Position numbers and translations under genes: made by a program. The notes under the pieces were generated by a model. That model ran no database searches. It was not told the origin of the DNA and saw nothing but the letters and a program-made list of their open reading frames with translations. From assembly GCA_964016885.1 (NCBI GenBank), contig OZ024753.1, positions 21,576,001-21,640,000 on the forward strand: a stretch of 64,000 nucleotides of DNA. Reading direction: 5' to 3'. Origin of the DNA: Eledone cirrhosa. Its lineage: Eukaryota. Positions 44,641 through 56,830 of the stretch are shown one piece after another. The stretch's first letter is position 1. Every line of letters begins with the position of its first letter.

Positions 44641-45913
44641 ATAGATTACATCCCCCATACATATATATGTATATATAATTTGTATTTCTATGTGTGTGTG
44701 TGTGTGTGTGTGTATAGATTACACACACATTATGTATATATATATGATTTATATAAATTTGTTAACAGCAATAATTCCAGCCAACACAGATACCATAAAT
44801 CTTCCATCATTCATGAGATATATTAGATGTTCTATATATAACTGTATTATGTATATTAAGAGAAATAACTTCTACAGGACTAGAACTGTTTCATTTGTAT
44901 GAAATAATCAGGACATTCCTGATGATTTCATATGAAGGAAATAGTTCTAGTACTGTACAAGTCATTTCTAAATATAATAACGATGCCTATACTCTACCAA
45001 TGCATTGAGTACCTTTTTTAACTGTTGTTACCCTCATCACAACTCGGGAATCTAAATATTATATATATCAAAACTGAAAAGAGAGCAGAGACTGACCTAT
45101 AGGTTGTGATTGCTACAGACAGAGGCGATTGCTTAAAGTTTATTTCACATCAAACAAGCATTAAGAGAAGAGTTGGGTTAGAGCTTGGAAAAGTTAGTGA
45201 CAGATTTAAGAAATAAGCAGGGAATATATATTGAAAAGTATTTGAAGGAAATTAACCAACTTTCATTAACAACTGTTTAATCACTTACAATTGTTTCTGG
45301 TGTATTGTGAAATAAAACACCTTCATCAGAATGGAATAACCATATTTCAATAGTCACATAAAACATTAACTCACGCAACAGAGATCAACAGAATTACAAT
45401 ATAATTTGAGTTAATAGAAAAATTGTTGAAATATATATTTTACGACTTTTTAAGAAATTGAGGAAAAATCAGGTTCTATTTTCCATAGTTTACTATCAGA
45501 GACTATATAGTGGAAGGGAGATAATTATTGCATATTTTTTTATCTTGAATTAAATTTACCAGTGGAGTTACTTCTCAAAAAAATAAAAAAAATAAAGGAA
45601 AATTTATTAAGTATAAATGTATAGTTAAGTTTAATGGATATTTAGGAGAATTAATGACTTGCATATAACTAAGAGAAAGTTGAGATCAGTTAAGTGTGTG
45701 TGTATATATATATATATTATATATACATATATATATTTATGAGTGAGACATGGTCTCCTGACCAATGTCGCTTCAAGTGGGACAAAACCGTCCAATCCAT
45801 GTTTGAGTGTAAGATGGACTTTAAACAATGATGATGATGATGATGATAATATATGTTATATATATATAAATATATTTATATGTATGATGATGTTGATAAT
45901 ATGTATATATGTT

Positions 45914-47062
45914 ATCATCATCACCGTTTTACATCTATTCTTCCATGCTAGCATGGGTTAGACGTTTGTCCTGTTGTGGGCAATGCCAGGTCAGATGACC
46001 ATGTCTTGCTCATACAAAACTAACTTTGGCTTGGTTTCTACAGCTGGATGACTTTCCTAACCACTTTACAGTGTGGACTGGGTGCTTTTTTGTCATAACA
46101 CCTACACGACCACTTTACAGTGGGAGAGCGGTGGGGACATAATGTCTATATGCTTCAGCTTCAGTTGTACCCGGGGGAAGTCAGGTCTTCCGTATTACTG
46201 CGTAACACCAGAGGTCTCGGTCCTTCATACGCTACACATGTCCTTAGCAACGCAACCTCCTCTCCTGCACAGAACATCTGAGCATAAGATGCTTAGTCTC
46301 TCTCTCTCCAATCATGCTTTTCCATTCACGTATATTACTATTGCACATCCATCGGAGCATGCAAGCTTTGTTTCTTTCTAATCTATGCAAGTCTTCTGCA
46401 CACAACGCCCAGGTCTCACTACCATGTAACATTGCTGTTCATATACACACATCATACAGTCTGCCTTTCATTTTGAGGGAAAAGCCTTTTGGAGCTAGCA
46501 GTGGCAGTAGCTCCCTGAACTTCTTCCACCCCGTTCTTACCCTGGTTGCTGTACTTTCAGAACACCTACCACCGCTGCTAATTCAGTCACCTAGGTAGCA
46601 GAAGCTGTCTACTGTTTCTACAGACCTCTCCCAGAATTTGGCAGCATTTATTCCCTGCTGTCATTTGCTGCTTACTGTCCTGGTACAACTGCTACATGTA
46701 AAGACTATATACCTAGCTAAACTTCTTGAGATCCCACGACAGCTCTTGTGTACCTTTAGTTTGCATTTGGGGCAGAGAATGGAGTTCCTACCTACACCTT
46801 TCCTACTGAGCAAGGTCATTTCCCAGAGGGGATCTGGGTTCTGTTTTCTTTTCTACTTACTAGGACCTTAGACTTTGTCAGGTTGACTTTAAGACCACTT
46901 CTTTATAGGCCCTGCTTCCATGTTTGATATTTCTTCTCTAGTTCTACCATAGATTCAGCTATAAGTGTAAGATCATCTGCATACAGAAGTTCCCATGGGC
47001 ATCCGGTCTTTAACTCCTATTATAGCTTGCAAAACGATAACAAACAGGAGAGGGCTAAGAAC
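45914..47062 (-). mobile_element. Decayed RTE LINE (subfamily B)
   Basis: VLSPLLF, LYADDL, MLHGSETW motifs; frameshifted; (ATG)n tail. Confidence 0.9.
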
Positions 47063-47117
47063 ATATATATAAATATATTTATATGTATATATATTATATA
47101 TATATAAATATATTTAT

Positions 47118-47400
47118 ACAAAGAAATCGCAAAAAGGAATGGCTCTTCCAGCGCATCTCCCTTACCATCCTCCGGGGGGACACCTTCTCCATTCTGTCCG
47201 CTGGGGCTGTGGGGCGGCCAGCACGTGGGACCCCATTTGCTCACAATACAGAGAGATGGGGAGGGTGAGAGAGATGGAGGTGATTACAGTGGGAGTCCGG
47301 CTCTTCCATGTTCGGACACATTACACCTGTCAGGAGTGTATTTTCATACTTGTGACGAACATTGTGAATTTCTGTGTATGTGTATGTAATAAAATATATA
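47118..47400 (+). mobile_element. Probable 3' end of a CRE-clade (RLE-type) non-LTR retrotransposon
   Basis: EWLFQRISLTILRGDTFSIL resembles the recalled CRE C-terminal motif (LxQRISxxIQRGNxxSI); AATAAA near 47388; abuts an AT microsatellite. Confidence 0.55.
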
Positions 47401-47907
47401 AAGAAATAGGTGCGATATGTGCTATTAAAGTTTAGTAAATTATGAAACTGACAAATGTAATTAATATAGCAATATATTCACAGAACTCAAAATAAGAATT
47501 TTAAAAAGTCTGTTTTGCTATGTTGTTAAAATTAAAAGTAATCATTAATACTCAAAAAGTTACTTTAAATACCGAAATATTTATATGGTCATTATTATAA
47601 TTAAATTTAAAATTGATCATGTTCAATTTATAATCACCTCTCCTATATAAATTGATGTTCATTAAATTTACTTAATCAAATAAAAAAACTATAAAAAGTT
47701 AATAAGAAATCAATTAGCCAAATTAAAGTAAAGTCATAATTACTAAACTGCAGAATAGTATTACTGATGTTAAGTAATATCATCTGAATAATATCTATAT
47801 TGTTGTTAGTGGCTTCTGATATCTTACATGTGAGACAGGAATTATTTAATAATATCCCTGATTGATGGCGATGATAGCAATCATTAGCTCATCTAAAGTT
47901 ATAAAAA

Positions 47908-48096
47908 TTATTTCTACTTTTGGCACAAGGCCAGCAATTACTCAGTGCATTACTGGTACTTTATTTTATCGACCCCATAAGGATGAAAGGCAAAGTTAAC
48001 CTCGGCGGGATTTGAACTCAGACCATAAAGGACTGTAACTCTATGCTGCAAAGCATGGTGTCCGACTCTCAACCAATACTACCAGTCAACCGCCCT
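47908..48096 (-). mobile_element. tRNA-derived SINE
   Basis: Reverse complement of the 55331 family. Confidence 0.88.
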
Positions 48097-48499
48097 TAAA
48101 ATTATAATAATAAGGGCTCACTTTCATAACATATTACCAAATTGATATGAATAAGGGATACCTACATATAGGAGCACTTATGTGTCTGTGTGTTGTTGCA
48201 TGCTTGTATTATTCATTATGTCTGTGTTAAGAATTTGAATCCAGTACTCTGACTAATATAGGGATCTGAAATATCACAGAAAGAAATGGTATTAATACTC
48301 AGTTGAGTATTAATACAAGTGTATGTTAGTGTTAGTATTGATAATTATTTAATAAATTGAAGGTTTTAAGTCAATTGATAGACTTATAAATAAGGCAAGT
48401 ATTCTATGTTAAGCTTGAGTAGTGAAATAGTAGGAAACTAGAAATAGATGTAGTCAGGATCAACAGTAATCTAAGTTGGATCATAAACTTTATCATAAA

Positions 48500-50352
48500 C
48501 TTTGTTGTAAAAAGTGTAGGAAATGTTATGGGGACAGTTGATAACTAATTCATTTCTATTATTAATTAGGCTTGGTGTCGACAGTGTGATGTAATATGCT
48601 TCTGTTAAACATAAATTACATATTTTTTTAATTTCCATTGTGGAGGGGAGTATTTCCCATTGGGTTTTCTAGGTGGTTTTAGAATCGATTAAATCTGTTA
48701 TATAATTTGCGAGAGAAATAGTATGCTTCAGCTTTTTATTCTTAAATGAATCTAAGTGGGAATTATATCTAGTCTTAAATAGATTAGTTGTGGTACCAAT
48801 ATAGGAGTTGCTATTATGTTGCGTAGTAACCATGCATTTATATACTATGTTATCAAGGAGGCACAAGCCGCTAAGTGGGAATCCTACAATTACATTTTAT
48901 AGTTTTGTGTGTTATTGCTTGGCATGATTGATATAGATATATGAGAAGTATTACCTATGTTGTTAGAGTTTGTGTCTAAAGGGTTCTGTTGTATTAATAT
49001 TGTTACAAGTTGTATGCTTATATAGTTTATGGTGGTTGCTGAAAGCAATATAGTCAGCTAAGCTAGGAGTTGTAGAAAAAGATAACTTAACAGTATTTTT
49101 ATTTATTAATTTATGGTATTTATAGTCAGGTGGTAAATTTTAGGAATATTAGAGGCTAAGTTGCCGGTGTAAAAGAAATATTTCTTTTACATGAGTTTTC
49201 TTATTCCTAGGATTATTATTTATTTGGAGAAATTCTCATAATGTTGCTATTTATAGTAAAAGTCTCCTTATTATCAACTTAACATTTAAGATGAGCTTTT
49301 AAAGGTTTAGGATTATTATTTGAATTGATTCTAAACTTATTGCTAGGTGTGGGAAACAAGTTATCATGTTTATTTCTATTATTTATCGAGTAGTATTTAC
49401 AAACTTAGTGTAGGGTATTGTCCCACGATTGCTAGGTATCTGGGTGTTATTTACTAATTTACCAACATGACCATTAATACTTGTGTTTTTATTTTGGGTA
49501 TTACTAGTTTGTGTAATAATTTATTATAGTAGGTGTGGATTGTCTGGGATGTATGTTTATTATGATTTTATTATTATAACCTGATCTAGAGATTGTTTTG
49601 TTATAGTACCAGGCTATGCTGTTGAATATGTCCTCATTTGCAGAAAGTTTAGATATCCTATGTGAAATGCTTTTAACAATAGATCTAAGAATTGACAGAG
49701 GCTGGTTTGAGAATATGTTTATATAAGAAAGGATCTCCTCTGCCTTGTGGTAGGGACAGTGAATTCCTGTATCCAGCTCTAAAGTTGCATCCAAAAAATT
49801 AACGGCTTTATGGTTGACCTCAATAGTTATGGTGAGTTCATAATTCTTAAAAACCTGTGTAATTGTTTCTGGAGGTTTTCTATTCTATGTGGGTTATAAT
49901 TACTCATGGTAAATAGAGCGTTGTCTCTATATAAACCTCCTTGCAAAACAGGTATTTACTCTTTGAGCTCTTTGAGCAAGAAGTAGATTCCAACCTGGTC
50001 AGAAACTTGTGCAGAGTCACTTGACCCCATTTTGATGTCAAAATTGTTTGGCCGGTTAGCCCTAGTCCAGAAAGATCCATCAAATTCTATAATTATGCAT
50101 CTAGTGGTAAGTATAATATTTATTTCTTTTCTAGTTAAGTTTGCTTAAATCATAGCTAGAATTAAGGCCTTATTTAACATGATGGGGGAGATAGAAACAT
50201 AATAATTATCTATGTCAAACTGTATAAACTTAAGTTTATCTCTATTATCTATATTTTTAAACCAAATAATAATTTCTGTGTTACTCCAAAGTTTAATACT
50301 TATTTTATCTTTTAAACATGAAAGTTGGTTAATTTTCTTCAAATACTTTTGA

Positions 50353-50354
<2 letters not shown>
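48500..50354 (-). mobile_element. Decayed Penelope-like element (RT + GIY-YIG endonuclease)
   Basis: QFDIDNYY, FDIKMGSSDSAQVSDQVG, GLYRDN, VNFLDATL; IVYKC..SYIGTT..FKTRYNSH; CNLC-like motif. Confidence 0.88.

Positions 50355-50424
<70 letters not shown>
50355..50424. repeat. (TA)n microsatellite
   Basis: Seen directly. Confidence 0.97.
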
Positions 50425-50430
<6 letters not shown>

Positions 50431-50565
50431 CATCATCATCATCATCATCATCGTTTAACGTACATCTTCCACGCTAGCATGGGTTAGACGGTTTTGTTCC
50501 ATTTGATGCGGGAGTGATCGGGAGACCGTGGCTTGCTTGTACAGAAGTGTCTCTGGCAGGTTTTT

Positions 50566-51701
50566 AAAGTGAGAGTAGGTATGGAGTTTAGTAGGGAATT
50601 CCAGATACAAGTAGGTGTACATCAAGGTTCGGTCCTCAACCCGTTCTTGTTCATTATAGTCCTCCAAGCCATAACAGAGGAGTTTAAGACTGGATGCCCA
50701 TGACTCTATGCTGATGATCTGGTTCTTATAGCAGAATCAGTAAAGGAGCTAGAGAATAAATTCTGGCTATGGAAACACCAGTTGGAATCAAGAGGCCTGA
50801 GAGTGAACATATTTAAAACAAAAGTGTTGATAAGTAGAAGAGAGGACTATACTCTGATTCCATCAGGGAAATGGCCATGTTCGATATGTAGGAAAGGAAC
50901 TGGCATAAATTCTATAAAATGTATGCAATGCAGATCTTGGGTACACAAGAGATGTAGTGGGATAGCATGCAAACTAACAGGGAGGGAAAACTATCTATGC
51001 AGTAGATGTACAGGGAAAGTTGGCAGTAGTAATCGCAGTGATAGACACATTTTTCCAATGCAAGTGGGTTCTATAGAAGTGGTTGATAGCTTCCGGTACC
51101 TAGGTGATCAGATTAGCATGAGAGGGGGGGGGGGGGGTCCCGAGGCCATAGTATCTAGAATAAAGACGGGTTGGAATAAGTTTAGGGAGCTGCTCCCTTT
51201 GAAGACAAAGAAGGGTTTCTCCCTGCGTACGAAAGGCTGGTTATGTTATGCCTGTGTGAGATGCGCGATGCTGCATGGTAGTGAGACATGGGCAGCAACA
51301 GCAGAGGATATGCGACGGCTGGAGAGAAATGAAGCAAGTATGCTCCATTGGATGTGCAATGTCAATGTGCGTGAACGACCAAGCATAGATGAGTTGAGAG
51401 AGAAACTGGGTATAAGAGGGATAAGTTGTGGTGTGCAGGAGAGAAGACTGAGATGGTATGGAGATGTGATGCGCCTGGAGGATGACCACTGGGTAAAGAT
51501 GTGCCAAGAAATCCCAGTAGAAGGAAGACCACGTAAAAGCTGGGCGGAGGTAGTGAGAGCAGACCTCAGATCACTGAAACTCACCGAAGAGATGATGAAG
51601 GACTGTGACAAGTGGAGAGATGCTGTGCTGAATAGGACCCATCCAACCCTTGTAAGCAGGGAAAAGCAGACGTAAAATGATGATGATGATGATGATGATG
51701 A
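50566..51701 (+). mobile_element. 5'-truncated RTE LINE (subfamily A) with PHD-like finger
   Basis: GVHQGSVL, YADDL and ORF 50782-51675; (TGA)n tail; appears nested in a minus-strand RTE-type 3' element (50428-50565 and 51702-51750). Confidence 0.93.
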
Positions 51702-51823
51702 CTGGGAGCCTTTTTACTGTGTCTCCTATATGACCACCTTACAGTGGACGGAACGGGAGAGGGAGGATGGGGTAGGATGTGTGGGGTGGGGTGTACATTG
51801 GGTTAAGAGGTGCCTACTGACTG

Positions 51824-51948
<125 letters not shown>

Positions 51949-52158
51949 ATAAAATATGGGCATTAACTCTAACATAACTTTGTATATGAAATGCGTGAAT
52001 TCATATATCTGGTGATATACGGAATGTTTATATATAAATATTTTGAAGCTATGAATTTGAAAACTGATGGCATAACGCCATCTAGTGTGTTCCAGAGTCA
52101 TCACTTCTGACTCTGGTCATTATGAAGCTAGTGCTCCCTCACCCACTTTTTTCACACT

Positions 52159-52410
52159 AAAGTTTAATCTAAAATTGACCATTACGTTTCTACTCTTTCC
52201 CACCAAAGTTTAAGCTAACATTAACCATTACGTTTCTACTCTTTCCCACCAAAGTTTAATCTAAAATTGACCATTACGTTTCTACTCTTTCCCACCAAAG
52301 TTTAAGCTAACATTAACCATTACGTTTCTACTCTTTCCCACCAAAGTTTAATCTAAAATTGACCATTACGTTTCTACTCTTTCCCACCAAAGTTTAAGCT
52401 AACATTAACT
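52159..52410. repeat. 46-bp minisatellite with strictly alternating A/B variants (92-bp dimer)
   Basis: aaagtttaa at 52159, 52205, 52251, 52297, 52343, 52389; A = tctaaaattgacc, B = gctaacattaacc. Confidence 0.93.
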
Positions 52411-52436
52411 ATTTCTTTGCTTTTCTTTTGTTGAAG

Positions 52437-52642
52437 CTACCGATGCCGACATGCCACTGAAATTCAGTTTCTCTAACACCAACGAAAGTATCACATCTAA
52501 CCAAAATGAAGGCAATTTCTTCTCTTTCAACACAAACTCTTTTCCAGCAAATGACCAGGATACGGGCAATAATTTCTCGTTTGATTTTGCAGTTTCTTCC
52601 AACATGGAGTCTGCCAACACTGCACCATTTTCACTGTTTTAA
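52437..52642 (+). CDS. Putative terminal coding exon (ATDADMPLKFSFSN...NFSFDFAVSSNMESANTAPFSLF*); tentative SIX6OS1/C14orf39-like C-terminus
   Basis: Branch-like gctaac, polypyrimidine tract and ttgaag| acceptor; phase-1 join G+CT gives an open frame to TAA at 52640-52642; repeated FSF motifs and terminal FSLF. Confidence 0.72.
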
Positions 52643-52674
52643 GCAGCACCTTAGTTACTGTGTGTGCAGAGGTC

Positions 52675-53240
52675 TTCACACATCTATATACACATCTCTA
52701 TATGTGCACACATTCATATACACATCAATACACACCTCTATACCTGCAAACACATTTATATACATCTCTATATACCTGCACACATCTGTATACAATTCCT
52801 TATAAACAATACCTTGTATACAATTCCTTGTATACAATACCTTGCACACTTTCTTTATACACCTCTATACATGTAAACACACATCTATATATACCTTCAC
52901 ACATCTGTGCCTCTACACACCTGTATACATCTGTATACACTTCTATACACCTGCACACATCTGAATATAATTCTATATACCTGCTCACATTTTATATATA
53001 CCTCTGTACATGCAGACACATTTATATAGACCTCTATACACCTGCACACAGTCTGTATACACTTCTACACACCTGCATACATCTGTATACACTTCTACAC
53101 ACCTGCGCACAGTCTGTATACATTTCTACACACCTGCACACAGTCTGTATACTCTTCTACACACCTGCACACAGTCTGTATACACTTCTACACACCTGTA
53201 TACAGTCTGTATACACTTGTATATGTCTGCACACATTCTG
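52675..53240. repeat. Degenerate AC/AT-rich ~30-bp minisatellite in the putative 3'UTR
   Basis: tatacacttctacacacctgcacacagtctg-like units. Confidence 0.8.
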
Positions 53241-53290
53241 TTGTTTCATTCAAGAAGAGTATCATATACCTACCTATATATCTATGATTG

Positions 53291-54351
53291 TTTTACCTGT
53301 TCCAGCTGACTGGCTGAGGTTATGTTTAGGCACCACCATTTTACCTGTTCCAGCTGACTGGCTGAGGTTATGTTTAAGCACCACCATTTTACCTGTTCCA
53401 GCTGACTGGCTGCGGTTATGTTTAAGCACCACCATTTTACCTGTTCCAGCTGACTGGCTGAGGTTATGTTTAAGCACCACCATTTTACCTGTTCCAGCTG
53501 ACTGGCTGAGGTTATGTTTAGGCACCACCATTTTACCTGTTCCAGCTGACTGGCTGAGGTTATGTTTAGGCCCCACCATTTTACCTGTTCCAGCTGACTG
53601 GCTGAGGTTATGTTTAGGCACCACCATTTTACCTGTTCCAGCTGACTGGCTGAGGTTATGTTTAGACACCACCATTTTACCTGTTCCAGCTGACTGGCTG
53701 AGGTTATGTTTAGGCACCACCATTTTACCTGTTCCAGCTGACTGGCTGAGGTTATGTTTAGGCACCACCATTTTACCTGTTCCAGCTGACTGGCTGAGGT
53801 TATGTTTAAGCACCACCATTTTACCTGTTCCAGCTGACTGGCTGAGGTTATGTTTAGACACCACCATTTTACCTGTTCCAGCTGACTGGCTGAGGTTATG
53901 TTTAGGCACCACCATTTTACCTGTTCCAGCTGACTGGCTGAGGTTATGTTTAGGCACCACCATTTTACCTGTTCCAGCTGACTGGCTGAGGTTATGTTTA
54001 GGCACCACCATTTTACCTGTTCCAGCTGACTGGCTGAGGTTATGTTTAGGCACCACCATTTTACCTGTTCCAGCTGACTGGCTGAGGTTATGTTTAGGCA
54101 CCACCATTTTACCTGTTCCAGCTGACTGGCTGAGGTTATGTTTAGGCACCACCATTTTACCTGTTCCAGCTGACTGGCTGAGGTTATGTTTAGACACCAC
54201 CATTTTACCTGTTCCAGCTGACTGGCTGAGGTTATGTTTAGGCACCACCATTTTACCTGTTCCAGCTGACTGGCTGAGGTTATGTTTAGGCACCACCATT
54301 TTACCTGTTCCAGCTGACTGGCTGAGGTTATGTTTAGACACCACCATTTTA
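53291..54351. repeat. 48-bp homogeneous tandem array, ~22 copies
   Basis: ttttacctgttccagctgactggctgaggttatgtttaRRcaccacca. Confidence 0.98.
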
Positions 54352-54597
54352 TGCAACACTTTCTATAACCAGCCTTCCTTAGTCATTGATGTAAGAGGTT
54401 GTTTGTTGCTGCTTCCCTTGTATTTCTGGTGAGCAGAATGTCAAGATGTTTCTTGAAAACATCTCGACACACCATGTAGATCTCAAACTATTGCAGTATC
54501 TGGTCAGTAGTCTAGATATGAAGGAGAGGACTACATCCTGTTTGAGGGTCCAGCCCTCAATGCCAAACTTTGGTACTAGTCTTTTTAGGATCTTCCA
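54352..54597 (-). mobile_element. Probable CR1/L2-like LINE 3' fragment
   Basis: Minus-strand RYCNSL, DLHGV, DVFKKHLDILL...AATNNLLHQ* resembles the FKxxLD C-terminal motif of CR1-group ORF2. Confidence 0.55.
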
Positions 54598-54772
54598 TAT
54601 CTATATCACTGTGTATATCTTGCATACACACATATATCTATATCTATATATACATATACATGCGTGTGTGTCTGTCTGTGTGCATACATACTTAGGTATA
54701 TATACACATTCATTCAAAAGTCTAGCATGACATTCATATATTGACAGATATATGAATGCACTCACATATGCT

Positions 54773-54800
54773 CACACACACACATACATACACACACACA

Positions 54801-54855
<55 letters not shown>

Positions 54856-54940
54856 TCACACACATGCACACATGCACACATACACACATACGTGCACACA
54901 CACACACACGCACACATACACATACACATACACACACACA
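54773..54940. repeat. (CA)n microsatellite
   Basis: Seen directly. Confidence 0.95.
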
Positions 54941-55330
54941 ATGCACAACTTTTATCAGAAAAAAACTTGTTTGTTTATCCTAACTTGTTTCTGATGTATT
55001 TTTGTTTTTGAATTGTTTCAGTTTATGTTTTTCCAAAATATATTTAATGTTTCCCTGTTAGAAACTCTCTTTTCTTATATTTGTTTACTTAATTAAAAAG
55101 AATTACTAAAATAAATTTAGAAATAAATCATTAGAATTTATTTCCTTCTTATATAATTATGTTTTTAATAGATTTAATATGAAAATGTGTTTCATTATAT
55201 TTATTTTTCTTGTTAAACTGAAAAGCTCAGAATTCCTTTTCTATGTTTTTTCTCCACATGTATTTTCTATATCATCATCATCATCATCATCATCATCATA
55301 TCCTGTTAAAGAAACCATTATTATACTCTA

Positions 55331-55523
55331 AGGGGGTGGATTGGCAGTATCGGTAGAGGGTCGGACGCCATGCTTTGACGCATAGAGTTACGGCCCTTTC
55401 CATTCTGAGTTGAAATCCCGTCGAGGTCAACTTTGCCTTTCATCCTTACAGGGTCGATAAAATAAAGTACCAGTAATGTACTGGGTAATTGCTGGCCTTG
55501 TGCCGAAAGTAGAAACCATTATT
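55331..55523 (+). mobile_element. Full-length tRNA-derived SINE with TSD
   Basis: A-box, B-box-like and core sequences; flanked by direct repeat attattatactctaa (about 55317 and 55518). Confidence 0.9.
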
Positions 55524-55540
55524 ATACTCTAATATATCCA

Positions 55541-55682
55541 GGGTGAATTGGCAGAGTTGTTAGAAAGTCACAGAGTAGTTTGTGGTATTCGTTCCAGCTC
55601 TCTGAGTTCAAATTTCATTGAGGTCAACTTTACCTTTCATCCATTCAAGGTCGATAAAAAGGTACCGGTTAATTACTGGGGT
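55541..55682 (+). mobile_element. Older SINE copy of a related family
   Basis: tggcagag..gagttcaaat..gaggtcaactttacctttcatcc..gtcgataaaa. Confidence 0.75.
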
Positions 55683-56202
55683 AAATTCTTCTTCTATATC
55701 TCTTTCTTACTTCCATTCTATCACTCTATCACTGTTCAAACCTGGAGAGGATATGGGTCCCACCAGGTTTAAAAATACCCTAGAAATGCTGTATATCAAT
55801 ATGGCTCCCCTATGCCTCCTTCAGGAGTTAAGGGACCCTACATATGTGTATTCCCAGTTTATTATATCATCTTTTAGATGTATTTTACAGAGAATCCTTC
55901 ACTTGTATCATCTCACCTATTATTTTTAGTTAACATTCTTTGTGTGTATATATATATACAACCAAAGATTAGTATGGTTCGTTGATTATTCAACGAATAC
56001 AATTTTACAATAGATTAGAAGCACTCATCGGGGGATTTTCCTGGAGTATTTAATATTATTCAAAATGTTAATAAATGAAAAATATTCTCATAATCAAAAT
56101 ATATATTTTATTATACATGAGACACGGTCACCCGACCAGCCTTGACTCTAATTGGGACAACTCCCGTCTAACCCATGCTAATGTGGAAAATGGACGTTAA
56201 AC

Positions 56203-56240
<38 letters not shown>

Positions 56241-56435
56241 CAAAGGTACAATGGTGTTTAAGTACGTTTTCATCAGACAAAATACATTGGAATTAAAAAT
56301 CAAAACCGTATGTCACATATCAAATCTTATATTTTGTCTGATGGAAACGTACTTAAACACCATTGTACCTTTGAAATATGTATAATAAAATATATATTTT
56401 GATTATGAGAATATTTTTCATTTGTTAATATTTTG

Positions 56436-56506
<71 letters not shown>

Positions 56507-56509
<3 letters not shown>

Positions 56510-56830
56510 GTTAGAGCATTGGGCTTGCAATCGAAAGGTTGTGAGTTCAATTCTCAGACCGGGTGATGTGTTGTTTCCTTGAGCAAGACACTTTATTTCA
56601 CATTGCTCCAGTTTACTCAGCTGTAGAAATGAGATGATAGGGACTGGGGTCCATATCATTCCACTGCAAAGTGGTCATGGAGGTGCCACGGCAAAAAAGC
56701 ACCCAGCACTCACTGTAAATGAGGTTGGTGTTAGGAAGGGCATCCAGCTGTAGAAATCAAGCCAGAATCAGTTCCCATCCCACCCTTGCAAGCAGGGAGA
56801 GGCGGACGTAAAATGATGAAATGAAATGAA
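56507..56830 (+). mobile_element. tRNA-head CORE-like SINE followed by an RTE-type 3' tail
   Basis: gtggttagagc..gagttcaattc head; ccttgagcaagacact core; ggttggtgttaggaagggcatccagc...ggacgtaaaatga tail. Confidence 0.7.

Noticed and set aside
47855-47900. Hammerhead-like hairpin downstream of the Penelope relic
   Set aside because: A stem is present but both core boxes are too degenerate to support a call
52660-54432. 590-aa and 361-aa repeat ORFs on both strands
   Set aside because: A 48-bp unit without stops gives open frames trivially; the array is better explained as a LINE-end derivative
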